Positions 1-8,467 of a stretch of DNA of 20,000 bases are shown one piece after another. A model generated the notes under the pieces. The model saw nothing but the letters and a program-made list of their open reading frames with translations, was not told where the DNA came from and made no database searches. The translations under genes and the position numbers were made by a program. Position 1 is the stretch's first letter; the number at the start of each line of letters is the position of its first letter. The stretch lies in IMG/VR virus record IMGVR_UViG_3300044641_002811; one strand, written 5' to 3'. Source of the stretch: an uncultured virus (IMG/VR IMGVR_UViG_3300044641_002811) (lineage: Duplodnaviria; Heunggongvirae; Uroviricota; Caudoviricetes).

Positions 1-233
1 TTATAGTCTGAATCAATAGACTTACGGAAGTTGATAGAATCAGAAAAGAACAGAACAGAATCATCAAAGCATCCGAGATCGGAGGCAATGGTGCTGAGTT
101 CTCGTTCAACGTATTCGTAAGCTTCGCTGAACTTGGAGGTGACGACGATGAGATCGTCCCCAAAGTCGATTTCGGTTTCAGTGGCAGCACAGCATTTATA
201 GACAATGAAATCAGCATCAATGAGAAGGCTCAT
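1..233 (-). CDS. 5'-3' exonuclease (T7 gp6-like), N-terminal part; runs off the window
   Basis: Manual translation from ATG at 233: MSLLIDADFIVYKCCAATETEIDFGDD...FFSDSINFRK. The LLIDAD start and NFRK motif match gp6/FEN-like exonucleases, and the gene follows DNA polymerase as in T7. Confidence 0.85.
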   Translation of the reverse strand, partial: MSLLIDADFIVYKCCAATETEIDFGDDLIVVTSKFSEAYEYVERELSTIASDLGCFDDSVLFFSDSINFRKSIDSDY

Positions 234-367
234 TTCCCTTGTCCTCTGCTTAACTTTCTACCTTTCTTCGGTAGTGAACGTGTGCCGTTGCCTTGATGAG
301 TGTGTTTGAACTTGGCGCGTGATTGAAATTCAATCCGACCGAGTGATGTTTTAGATTTGGTGGCCAT
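230..367 (-). CDS. Small basic hypothetical protein (45 aa, ends in RGQGK)
   Basis: Manual translation MATKSKTSLGRIEFQSRAKFKHTHQGNGTRSLPKKGRKLSRGQGK*. Fills the gap after the polymerase; ATGA overlap with the exonuclease start. Confidence 0.7.
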   Translation of the reverse strand: MATKSKTSLGRIEFQSRAKFKHTHQGNGTRSLPKKGRKLSRGQGK

Positions 368-369
368 AG

Positions 370-1608
370 TTAATGTACTTCGCTCCAATCCATGCCTGAC
401 TTCGCATCAGCAGCGATTGGAACTCTTAGGTCGTAATACTCTCCTGCATGAGCTGCTGCCCACAGGAGTGCAAACTTCAGGTCTTCAACACTTGATGGTG
501 TAGTTTCAAACTGCAGTTCGTCATGAACGAATGCCAGTTGGTGAGCCTCAATGTCGGCTCTGATAATTGCTTCATGGGTCAGAACCATCCACCGTTTGGC
601 GATGACACCAGCTCCACTCTGCAGTAAATAGTTCAGAGCCTTATGCCCCGAGTCAACGCTGATATGCCTACCGTCGATGCTCCTGATATAACCTCGTTCA
701 GCAGCTTTCTTGGTAGCTTCCACAAGCTTCTGAAGGCCAGGAATAGCATCCATGTAAGCTTGACGAATCTCCTTTCCTTTTTGTTTTGCCTTGTCCGGGG
801 AAAGGCTTTGGTCATAACTTAGTCCTATCTTTTGATCGCCTGCCCCATACAAAAACGCATAGGTTACAGTCTTGACTAGCCGTCTCGATATACCTATCTT
901 GTCCGCGTTCTCCTGATGAATGTCGCCGTTGAGAAGAATGTCTCCGTAGCGGCCTCCATCATATCGAGCCAAGTAGTGTGCAAGCATCCGTAATTCAATG
1001 CCTGCGAGATCAGCACCAACCATGACATAGCCAGGACTAGCTCGAAATAACTTTCTAAATTCAGATTCATGCGGAACCTGGCCTAAGTTGGGTTTACGGT
1101 GTGCACATCTATGTGTGCTTGTTGCCACTGAACAGTGGTGATGTATTCGGTTGTTTCTGACCAGCTTTAACCAAGCATTGATGCCTTCCGACAACATGCC
1201 AAGCTGCTTGGTCAGTTCAAGACACCGGAAGAATCGAAGCGAGATCTCCGTGTTGATCTCTTTCAGTACCACTTCATCAATCGTGGCCTTCCCTTTGTCT
1301 GTGAATTGAGTCGGTGTCCAGCCGTAGTGAGTCTGCATTACCCATGCGATGTGATCTCTACTGGTTGGATTCAACTCCTTCAGTCGAGTGAAAGTAGCAT
1401 CTGTGACGTAGCCTTGGGTTTTGTTAGGTCGTCTAGGAGTAAACTCCGACCCCGCAATGAGAGGATGCCGGTCTCGTAGTACTTGACTAAGACCCTCAAG
1501 CTCTCTTCTGAGAGTTGATTCAAGTTCCCATGCAGCAGGCTCATCAAAGTACCATCCATGAAGTTCTTGTGTTGTTAGTATCTGAGCAGCTCTGTGCTCT
1601 AACTTCAC
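370..1608 (-). CDS. polA: Family A DNA polymerase, polymerase domain (T7 gp5-like, C-terminal part)
   Basis: Motif A (GADLAGIELR), motif B (RRLVKTVTYAFLYG), motif C (FVHDE). Start placed at GTG 1608, which overlaps the upstream TGA (GTGA); it could instead be reached by a -1 frameshift. The frame is open from 1695. Confidence 0.93.
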   Translation of the reverse strand: MKLEHRAAQILTTQELHGWYFDEPAAWELESTLRRELEGLSQVLRDRHPLIAGSEFTPRRPNKTQGYVTDATFTRLKELNPTSRDHIAWVMQTHYGWTPTQFTDKGKATIDEVVLKEINTEISLRFFRCLELTKQLGMLSEGINAWLKLVRNNRIHHHCSVATSTHRCAHRKPNLGQVPHESEFRKLFRASPGYVMVGADLAGIELRMLAHYLARYDGGRYGDILLNGDIHQENADKIGISRRLVKTVTYAFLYGAGDQKIGLSYDQSLSPDKAKQKGKEIRQAYMDAIPGLQKLVEATKKAAERGYIRSIDGRHISVDSGHKALNYLLQSGAGVIAKRWMVLTHEAIIRADIEAHQLAFVHDELQFETTPSSVEDLKFALLWAAAHAGEYYDLRVPIAADAKSGMDWSEVH

Positions 1609-2117
1609 CCAGTCAGGTATTTGTGGAAGTGTTTCCAAAGCTTTTTGGTAACGTTGACATCTTGCAGCATGTAATCCTGCATATCCTGAGACCAATCCTT
1701 CCAGTCAGTCGTCTTACCAAAGCATCCTTTGTATTCACCTAATCGGTAGCCGTATGCTTCCAGTGAATGACGTCCATAAAGCTGAAGTGGCATTTGATTC
1801 CACTTTCGCTTTTGATCTGTCTTGAGGATATCTGCGTGATAGAGACGACTGAGAAGGAGTGTGTCTACAACCTCCCCTCTTGGTTCAAACCAAGGGAAGA
1901 GTTTCTTAATGACTGGCAGGTCATAGCCAATGATGTTGTGACCGATAATCCGATCAGCATCCTCAAGCCTCTGTATTGCTTTCGTAATTGGTTCTTTATC
2001 ACCTTGGTCGTTGTATGCCAAGGTTTGATCAGCTTCCTGATCGTAGATACCAACGCAGTGGATGCAGGTAACATCATTGTAAAGTCCGTCAGTTTCAATA
2101 TCAAAGATAAGCATCAT
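1605..2117 (-). CDS. DNA polymerase 3'-5' proofreading exonuclease domain, as a separate ORF
   Basis: ExoI FDIETDG, ExoII GHNIIGYD, HSLEAYGYRLGEYKG and ExoIII YMLQDV are collinear with the T7 gp5 N-terminus. Stops at TGA 1607-1605. Confidence 0.92.
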   Translation of the reverse strand: MMLIFDIETDGLYNDVTCIHCVGIYDQEADQTLAYNDQGDKEPITKAIQRLEDADRIIGHNIIGYDLPVIKKLFPWFEPRGEVVDTLLLSRLYHADILKTDQKRKWNQMPLQLYGRHSLEAYGYRLGEYKGCFGKTTDWKDWSQDMQDYMLQDVNVTKKLWKHFHKYLTG

Positions 2118-2214
2118 TCCAATGCCTGATTACCCCAGCTACAATGAACACGTTTGTAATGGTAATCATCCATTCAAGAAGGTTTAGTCGTTGTAGTAGT
2201 GTTCTGCCAGACAT
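2101..2214 (-). CDS. Small hydrophobic hypothetical protein (37 aa)
   Basis: Manual translation MSGRTLLQRLNLLEWMITITNVFIVAGVIRHWNDAYL*. One probable transmembrane helix; overlaps both neighbours. Confidence 0.55.
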   Translation of the reverse strand: MSGRTLLQRLNLLEWMITITNVFIVAGVIRHWNDAYL

Positions 2215-2326
2215 AGGTCTTATCAATGAACTGTGCTTTCGCTACTGCTTCTGCTGATGCTGGAGTGGGACGCTTCAACTCAGAAGTCAGTTGTTGCGTC
2301 GAACTCGTCTTCTGCTTCTGTTTCAT
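2174..2326 (-). CDS. Small hypothetical protein (50 aa)
   Basis: Manual translation MKQKQKTSSTQQLTSELKRPTPASAEAVAKAQFIDKTYVWQNTTTTTKPS*. Overlaps the primase-helicase 3' end; start uncertain. Confidence 0.5.
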   Translation of the reverse strand: MKQKQKTSSTQQLTSELKRPTPASAEAVAKAQFIDKTYVWQNTTTTTKPS

Positions 2327-3878
2327 AGAATTTACAGGTGGATAGGTCGTAGTTCAGTCGGCACGCGATGCCAACCTCGCCTGAATAGCGATTCTTAAGG
2401 ACTCGCACAGTCGTATCACTTCCTCCAGATGCGCTCTGCTGGTTTCTTTCGAGTGCAATAACTCCGTCAGAGAGTTGTGCAATGGCCGCAGATCCTCGCA
2501 ACTGTCCCAAAGTGACGCGGGCACCCTCTTCATGGTTCTGGTCACTTGATGTACGTCGTAGATGTGAGACAAGAAATAGTGCGATGCCTGTCCTCTCTAC
2601 CAATGAACGCAGACGTGTCATTGTCTGATCAATCATCTTGCGCTCATCACCATCAAGACCACTCAGAAGAATGGACAGGTGATCTAGAAAGACGACCCTT
2701 GTATCAAGACCTGCTGCCAGGTATTCAATTCGGTTGTAGATGATATCAGGATCAAAAGAACCAAAGCCATCGAAAAGAAAGAGATTCCAGTTAGCAAGAG
2801 TTGCTTGATACGCTTCGGTGAGGGTAGATCGGTCATGTTCGCCTAGGTGGAGTGATTTACCGACAGCAGCGGACATCAGTCCGAGAGCTGTACGACGGTT
2901 GGATTCTTCAAGTGCCAAGTAACCGACCCGTTCTCCTCCATTAAGAAGGTTAGTTGCAAGTTCACGGCAGAAGGAAGACTTTCCGATCCCAGATCCAGCA
3001 GTGATCGTGACAAGTTCTCCATACCTGATCCCGTGAAGCTTTTGTTGAAGACCTTCAAATGGGTAGCCATGGTCTGCTGGTGGTGATGGAGTGGTTACAA
3101 CTTCAAGGAGAGACTTCCCATCAACGATCCCATCTGGACGGTAAGGTTTCGCATCCCAAATAGCGCGACGAATCGCTTCAGGGTCATTGGCAGAGAGGGC
3201 GTCAGACGCATCTTTGTAATCACCTTGGAGCGATGCAATCTTGCACTTGCCAGGTGGTAATACGCTTGCTGCCTCCTCCGTTGCCTTACGGCCTGCCTCG
3301 TCATTGTCGAAGAACAGGACAATCTCCTCATAACCCTGCAGCCATTCGTAAGCCCGTTGAACCGACTTTTTGGCCGCAGCGGCACCGCTAGGAAGAGAGA
3401 CCATCGGCCACCCCGACATAACTTCTTGACATGAAGCCGCATCGAGTTCCCCTTCGGTGATAACGACTCGTTTTCCAGTGGCGGGAAACAAATGTTGTCC
3501 AAAGAGTGTCCCAGGAACTTCTCCTTCATAGCTGAATACTTTGTTCCTGGTCTTTACTTTGCAGCCTTTAAGGATTCCAGAGCCGTCGAAATAATGGAAG
3601 CGTAGAATGTCTCCGTCTCGGTAGATCTTGTACTGTTGGCATACCTTTTCGGAGATGCCACGCTTGGGCAATCGTTCTGCTGATCCTTTGAGTTGGACAT
3701 TGGTGGACATGCGATGATTGTGAACAACCTCTTCGGTATGGCCGTAGGTCTGGCAGGCGAAACAAAAAGTGTGGCCATCTGAGTACAAGCTGTTTGCATC
3801 AGATGACCCACAGGTTTCACACGGCAAGTGCCTGATGAACTCGCTTTCGGAGTTCTGCGTAGGCTCGTGATTGGGCAT
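2280..3878 (-). CDS. DNA primase-helicase (T7 gp4-like)
   Basis: Zn finger (CETCGSSD...CFAC), TOPRIM (ITEGELDA, FDNDEAG), Walker A (GSGIGKS), DHLS, LRGS, KNRYSG and an acidic tail. Start moved to ATG 3878; the ORF-track start at 3953 overlaps much more of the upstream gene. Confidence 0.96.
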   Translation of the reverse strand: MPNHEPTQNSESEFIRHLPCETCGSSDANSLYSDGHTFCFACQTYGHTEEVVHNHRMSTNVQLKGSAERLPKRGISEKVCQQYKIYRDGDILRFHYFDGSGILKGCKVKTRNKVFSYEGEVPGTLFGQHLFPATGKRVVITEGELDAASCQEVMSGWPMVSLPSGAAAAKKSVQRAYEWLQGYEEIVLFFDNDEAGRKATEEAASVLPPGKCKIASLQGDYKDASDALSANDPEAIRRAIWDAKPYRPDGIVDGKSLLEVVTTPSPPADHGYPFEGLQQKLHGIRYGELVTITAGSGIGKSSFCRELATNLLNGGERVGYLALEESNRRTALGLMSAAVGKSLHLGEHDRSTLTEAYQATLANWNLFLFDGFGSFDPDIIYNRIEYLAAGLDTRVVFLDHLSILLSGLDGDERKMIDQTMTRLRSLVERTGIALFLVSHLRRTSSDQNHEEGARVTLGQLRGSAAIAQLSDGVIALERNQQSASGGSDTTVRVLKNRYSGEVGIACRLNYDLSTCKFYETEAEDEFDATTDF

Positions 3879-4026
3879 CGTGATAGTCAAACCATTCATC
3901 AATGGCTTTGTAGAATCCTTCGAGAATGGCGTCTGCTGTAGCAGGGTTCTCACCTTCTACATCGGCAAGAATGTCGCCAAAACAATCTGCGTAGTATTCA
4001 GGTGTGCCGTACTTGAGATGACTCAT
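3817..4026 (-). CDS. Hypothetical protein (69 aa)
   Basis: ORF track; co-oriented, with an ATGA overlap with the upstream 49-aa ORF. Confidence 0.7.
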   Translation of the reverse strand: MSHLKYGTPEYYADCFGDILADVEGENPATADAILEGFYKAIDEWFDYHDAQSRAYAELRKRVHQALAV

Positions 4027-4172
4027 TTCTGTTGGTGGAGTGTGTTGATCAGATCTTCGTAACCATCCAAGGCATCCTCGAATCCTTCGATGATGTCGTT
4101 CGATGACGCGTGTTTATCCAGTGCCATGATCAAGTTCATGGCCAGATCCTTGATCAGTTCTAGGTCAGCCAT
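4023..4172 (-). CDS. Small acidic hypothetical protein (49 aa)
   Basis: Manual translation MADLELIKDLAMNLIMALDKHASSNDIIEGFEDALDGYEDLINTLHQQK*. Bridges the endonuclease and the next ORF with overlaps at both ends. Confidence 0.65.
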   Translation of the reverse strand: MADLELIKDLAMNLIMALDKHASSNDIIEGFEDALDGYEDLINTLHQQK

Positions 4173-4513
4173 TCAATAGGGATCGAGTGATAGGCGCAGT
4201 ATTGAATCCCGTTCTTTTCACACCACATTGCGTAGGTGGTCTTTGAACGTTTTTCAATCTTGTTATGAGGAGCCTGAAAGACCATCCGAATGTCAAGATC
4301 CGGATTCGCTTTCTTAACTGCAAGCATCTTGCGGCGATCCTCAGGAGTAAAGTGGCCCTTGGTTTCTAGGTAGACACCATTGGGCAATAGAAAATCTGGG
4401 GTGTAGTTACACTGAAGAATATAAGGAACCTTAGTGGACTCATATTCAAACTTCACGCCCAGGCTCTTCAGCAGATCAGCAACCTGCCTCTCAAGACCAG
4501 AGCGATAGTTCAT
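4160..4513 (-). CDS. Endonuclease I / Holliday junction resolvase (T7 gp3-like)
   Basis: YRSGLE, YTPDFLLPNG, ETKG, PDLDIRMVF and TTYAMWCEK motifs. Confidence 0.95.
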   Translation of the reverse strand: MNYRSGLERQVADLLKSLGVKFEYESTKVPYILQCNYTPDFLLPNGVYLETKGHFTPEDRRKMLAVKKANPDLDIRMVFQAPHNKIEKRSKTTYAMWCEKNGIQYCAYHSIPIEWLT

Positions 4514-5079
4514 CAGAAGTCTTCGTCGCCGTCACTCGTGGTTGCAGTCACATTAGGTTCACCTGTTTTGAATCCTTTGGTCTGACCAAACAGGGCAGCG
4601 ACTTCGGTTTCATCCATGTCACCTGTGTCCACACCAGCACCGTTGCTCAGTGCGACCAGCTGGAGGCCCACCAATTTGACGGAGGTTCCATACGATCCAT
4701 CCGGCATGGTGTAGGGCTTTTGACGGAAGGCCAGCTTTACCTTCGAGCCGCCGTAGATCGGTGTGTTCTCATCGGTGATGGGTGTGCCTTCGGTGTCAAC
4801 CACCGGAGGTTCTTGACCCGGCTTCCACGAGAACTTCAAGACATAGGAATCACTGTCGTGCTCTTCCCAAGGCTCAGGCTTGAGGATGGCCCGCTTGGGA
4901 TTCTTCAGCTTCGATTCCGCCCACTTCAGTAGCTCTGCGCGTTCTTCTTCCAGGCGATCAATCAGCTTGCTGTCAACCACAGCCTTCAGGCCAAACGACC
5001 CAAACTTGGATGGTTTCAGCACCGCTTGATAGCCCTCAAGAACAACAGGCTCTTGTGTGACGTGAATATTCTTAGCCAT
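4513..5079 (-). CDS. ssb: Single-stranded DNA-binding protein (T7 gp2.5-like)
   Basis: PIYGGSKVKLAF and GLQLVAL segments, acidic C-terminus ending in Phe (DGDEDF), syntenic with gp3. Confidence 0.9.
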   Translation of the reverse strand: MAKNIHVTQEPVVLEGYQAVLKPSKFGSFGLKAVVDSKLIDRLEEERAELLKWAESKLKNPKRAILKPEPWEEHDSDSYVLKFSWKPGQEPPVVDTEGTPITDENTPIYGGSKVKLAFRQKPYTMPDGSYGTSVKLVGLQLVALSNGAGVDTGDMDETEVAALFGQTKGFKTGEPNVTATTSDGDEDF

Positions 5080-5100
5080 ATACAATAGTGGATAGGTGGA

Positions 5101-5943
5101 TTAGTTAAAACGCGGGCGCTTGTAGCCCTGATCAAAGCGGGGGAAGAATTCGTCCAGCCCTTTGATGATGAAGTCCATGTTGTACCAACCATCACGGCGG
5201 ACGTTGCCAATCATCATCATGATGGAGGGCACCAAGGCGTTACGCACTTCAGCCGGCAGGTACTGCCATGTCGTGCCCCCTTGCTCCCCCTTGAGGCGGT
5301 TGACTTCTTTGATGACACCAGCTTGAACACGAGAATAGATCCCTTCATTCAGCACACTGGCAAACCAGCGACCAAATCGAGTGGAACAATCCGCTGGTAC
5401 TTCTTTCGCCTTTGGCCGGCCATAGTAAGAGCGGTAGCACTCCAACTGCAGAAGACCCAATGGTCCTTCGTAGGCTTTGGCTGTGTCGGGGAAGGATCGC
5501 AGGATGGAGTTGTTGATCTCCTTCGCAGCCTCCTCGTGCATCAGACCTGCTTCCTTGCGGAGGATCAGATCCAGCGACACACCAATCAGCTTGTCTGTGA
5601 TCTCATCGGCATATTTGCCAGCCTTCGTGTTCTTGCCACGGTAGAGCTTGAGCAGGGACTTGAAGGTGTCTTGGTCCATGGCCATACCTTCTTTGGCTGG
5701 CATGTTTGGCACCTCTACACGAACCGGAGAAATTCCGGCCAAATCGCCGAGATCGCCTGCGCTGCAACGGGTCTTCGAACCGGAGGTTTTTGCCAGCTGA
5801 GCCCTCAGGGAGCGCAGGGACTCACCGCCAGTGTTGCCATACAACGTCTTGGTTGCCCCTGTGATGGAGAAGTGGGGGACACCCTCCACCACCAAGCAGT
5901 CCGTGTTGAAGAATTCCGAGAAGAAAGGGGTGGCCGTCTTCAT
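5101..5943 (-). CDS. Putative P63C-domain (antirepressor-type) protein, 280 aa
   Basis: The C-terminal pattern N..IYSRV.AGVIKEV...WQYL....LDEFFPR resembles the Mx8 p63 C-terminal domain (recognised from memory, not by HMM). ATG lies 1 nt after the RNAP stop. Confidence 0.6.
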   Translation of the reverse strand: MKTATPFFSEFFNTDCLVVEGVPHFSITGATKTLYGNTGGESLRSLRAQLAKTSGSKTRCSAGDLGDLAGISPVRVEVPNMPAKEGMAMDQDTFKSLLKLYRGKNTKAGKYADEITDKLIGVSLDLILRKEAGLMHEEAAKEINNSILRSFPDTAKAYEGPLGLLQLECYRSYYGRPKAKEVPADCSTRFGRWFASVLNEGIYSRVQAGVIKEVNRLKGEQGGTTWQYLPAEVRNALVPSIMMMIGNVRRDGWYNMDFIIKGLDEFFPRFDQGYKRPRFN

Positions 5944-5944
5944 G

Positions 5945-8287
5945 TCAACAAAAGAAATAGGTGGATTCGATCACGGATTCCGGTTCCAGGTCTCCGATGA
6001 TCGGGGGTTCGCTCTCTGCACCGATCTGACGGGCAAAGTCGCGCAGGTAGTCGTGCTCTGCAAACAGGTGCATGTATGTCTCGCGTACCAATGTGGATAG
6101 AACGGACATGTCAGTCGCCCTGCACAGCACGGAGTCGTGGATCAATGCAATCGGTGCATCGAACCGCAAAGTGGACAGGTGGAGCAGCGCTGCATCCAAT
6201 GAATGGATCAGATTTGGGCTCGTTGCATTCTTGTGGTGGTTGAGGTCCACCTTGTCGGTGTCACCTGTCGCCACAGACAACTTGCACTCACCCAGCAGTT
6301 GCAGCTCAATGCGGACCACCTCTTTCTTCATCAACTTTTGGTTGACGACAAAGCCAGAGGGTGTAGTCCACTGCAGCTTTTCTGCCCCGCGCTTGATGGC
6401 ATTGGCCACTTCTTCCTCAATCCAACGCATGACACGCATGGGACCAGGGAAGATCTCCTCCATCGCTGCTCGAACGGCAGCAACGGTTTCCGTTAGGTCT
6501 TCTTTGGAGACCTCAACGCCTTTCTCGGCCAACGCTTCACGGATGTAGGAGCGATTGGAATAGGGTTTGGCATTGTAAGGAATCGTTAAACATGTGCGCT
6601 TGGTGACTTTCCGATCCATGTGGTCTCGAATGGACGCAGGACAGTTTGGTTTAGCGGCTTCGGCCACCACCTTGTACGCATCCTGCGGTTGATCACTCGG
6701 CACCACATTGACCATCTTTGCTGTTGATTTACAGCGACACAGCCCAGCCAGGATCTGGAGTCCTGAGCAGGTGGCGTCTGTGGCCACCATCAGCCCTGTG
6801 AATTGCCGATCCGCTGCAATGACGCAGTGGTAGTACTCCTCACAGGCGGCCAAGAACTGCCATGGTTCATCGGCTACTTCCCACTCAGGTAAACACCCAA
6901 TCGGATCTGTAGCGACACGCGTGATGAGTGTGAGGTTATCCGCCGTCCACTCCAAGCGCTCCGCCATGGTGGCTTTGTCCAAGCCGTAGGTGGTCGCAAC
7001 CTGGAACGACAACCATTGCTCTGCTTCAGGAGTCATGAACGACTCATCGGCAAAGCGCAGAAGAGACTTTCCAAAATCAGTATCCTGCGGGGTCAAGAAT
7101 GCGGGAATTGGATAAGCTCTCCCGCGATAATCCATCGACCACGGACAATGGAAACGCTCAACCTTCTTGAACCGACGCACCGCTTCCATCGTCATGCGTG
7201 TCCGGCATGATCGCTTGAACTCTTGGGCATTCAGGTTCATCGTCTCTGCTGCACGTCTTCGATAATCCTTCCGGCTATCGTAGTTCTCAGCAATGTCCAC
7301 GGGCTTTGGTGGTAGCTCGTGATGCACGATGGGTCTGAACTTCCCAACAGGTCGTTGCAGCCGCTCTAACTCTTCCGCTACCTCCACAATGAAGGGATTG
7401 AGGCGAAAGGCAACCTTCTGAATTTTGTTCAGAAAAGCCAGGGGCACTTCCCCCTGTATAGATGTCGGATCTCCACGGCGTACCAAATCATGACCGCGCA
7501 TCACCTCATTGAGTAGGTAGCCACCAGCGCGTTCGTTGGTCCAATCGTTGGGTTCAATCAACATCGGCCACGCCAACGGCGCGAACAGTTCTGAATCGCT
7601 GATCACCTTGTCTTTGATCGCCAAGAACTCTGGGGTCGGTGCGATGAACTGCATCTTTCTGCGTCCCTCTTGACGCACGATGCGATCAAACCAACCGCTG
7701 CTTTGGATGATGCACTCCAGCAGCCAGCCCCCCAGCTTGACCCGATTTGAGGATCCCCAGCTCTTCCAGGGTTCCACCTCGCAGCGGTTCATCAGGGTGC
7801 GGATCACCACCAGTTTTTGATGGGTGCCGATGGAACGGTGCCAGTAGTTCTGTTTCAGTGTGTTAAGGAGCCCTGGGGCCTTGCGTTCGTAGTGGCGCAT
7901 CTGGCATTCCGCCTCCACCGCAGCACCCACCGCTTCACAGACAGTGGTGACCTGATCGCTGCCTTTCTTGGTGCTGAACACCTTGTCGAAGGTCACCTTC
8001 AGGGCAATGGCCCCGGCGGCTTTGGCGTCTAGGTCCGTCAAGTACTGATGGATTTCCTTGAAGGCGACCCCGGTTTTGCCGCGTTTGATCGCGTACTCCA
8101 CCGTGGACTCGATTTGCGTCACCAGCTTTGGCAGCAGCGCTTCGATGGAGGCGGCGCCATAGACCGTGGCACTCGCGTAGCTCTGGTCTTCGAGCTTGCG
8201 CGTGTTGTCACGCAGCTTTTGGAGCCCGAGTCTGATCTGATCGCGCTCCAGTTGGATTTGCTCATCAATTTGAGCGGGTGTGGGCAT
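5945..8287 (-). CDS. Single-subunit DNA-dependent RNA polymerase (T7 gp1 / Syn5-like)
   Basis: DYRGRAY, motif A DATCSGLQ, motif B RKVTKR...PY, PNLIHSLDA, motif C IHDS, C-terminal YFFC. The 780-aa size fits the compact cyanopodovirus RNAPs. Confidence 0.97.
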   Translation of the reverse strand: MPTPAQIDEQIQLERDQIRLGLQKLRDNTRKLEDQSYASATVYGAASIEALLPKLVTQIESTVEYAIKRGKTGVAFKEIHQYLTDLDAKAAGAIALKVTFDKVFSTKKGSDQVTTVCEAVGAAVEAECQMRHYERKAPGLLNTLKQNYWHRSIGTHQKLVVIRTLMNRCEVEPWKSWGSSNRVKLGGWLLECIIQSSGWFDRIVRQEGRRKMQFIAPTPEFLAIKDKVISDSELFAPLAWPMLIEPNDWTNERAGGYLLNEVMRGHDLVRRGDPTSIQGEVPLAFLNKIQKVAFRLNPFIVEVAEELERLQRPVGKFRPIVHHELPPKPVDIAENYDSRKDYRRRAAETMNLNAQEFKRSCRTRMTMEAVRRFKKVERFHCPWSMDYRGRAYPIPAFLTPQDTDFGKSLLRFADESFMTPEAEQWLSFQVATTYGLDKATMAERLEWTADNLTLITRVATDPIGCLPEWEVADEPWQFLAACEEYYHCVIAADRQFTGLMVATDATCSGLQILAGLCRCKSTAKMVNVVPSDQPQDAYKVVAEAAKPNCPASIRDHMDRKVTKRTCLTIPYNAKPYSNRSYIREALAEKGVEVSKEDLTETVAAVRAAMEEIFPGPMRVMRWIEEEVANAIKRGAEKLQWTTPSGFVVNQKLMKKEVVRIELQLLGECKLSVATGDTDKVDLNHHKNATSPNLIHSLDAALLHLSTLRFDAPIALIHDSVLCRATDMSVLSTLVRETYMHLFAEHDYLRDFARQIGAESEPPIIGDLEPESVIESTYFFC

Positions 8288-8370
8288 GGGCGTCTCAATA
8301 AGAATTGTTTCGTCGGTGAGACTCGATCTTCATCTATCCACATACGGCTGTGTACAACCGTGAGACCCAA

Positions 8371-8393
8371 TAAAAAAGGGCCGGTTGGCCCTG
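8371..8393 (-). terminator. Intrinsic terminator between attP and the RNAP gene
   Basis: Minus strand AGGGCC-AACC-GGCCCT followed by TTTTTA. Confidence 0.75.
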
Positions 8394-8427
8394 ATGAGTG
8401 TGAAATGTGGACAGACCTAGGCGTCAC

Positions 8428-8467
8428 ATTTTGAGTCGAGTCCGTCTACCAATTCCGGCACGCTCCC
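8428..8467 (-). other. Putative attP core: 5' half of tRNA-Leu(CAA), not a full tRNA
   Basis: GGGAGCG TG CCGGAATTGGTAGACGG A CTCGA CTCAAAA T gives the acceptor 5' strand, a Leu-type D-arm, the 5' anticodon stem and the CAA loop. The next bases (GTGAC) do not complete the stem and no T-arm follows. Lies 85 bp downstream of the integrase. Confidence 0.8.

Noticed and set aside
1609..1695. ORF-track N-terminal extension of the polymerase ORF (MVSGYAGL...)
   Set aside because: It overlaps the conserved ExoIII motif in another frame and is unlikely to be a real start; it matters only as a possible frameshift landing zone.
3879..3953. 25-aa N-terminal extension of the primase-helicase
   Set aside because: Lies entirely within the upstream gene; recognisable gp4 sequence begins near ESEFIRH.
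5281..6548. Long plus-strand ORFs (239, 89, 158 and 97 aa)
   Set aside because: Antisense shadows of the P63C-like and RNAP genes in GC-rich sequence, with no recognisable motifs.
8390..8467. Complete tRNA-Leu(CAA) gene
   Set aside because: The anticodon stem cannot close (CTCGA vs TGTGA), and there is no TTC T-loop or acceptor 3' strand. Only the 5' half is present.
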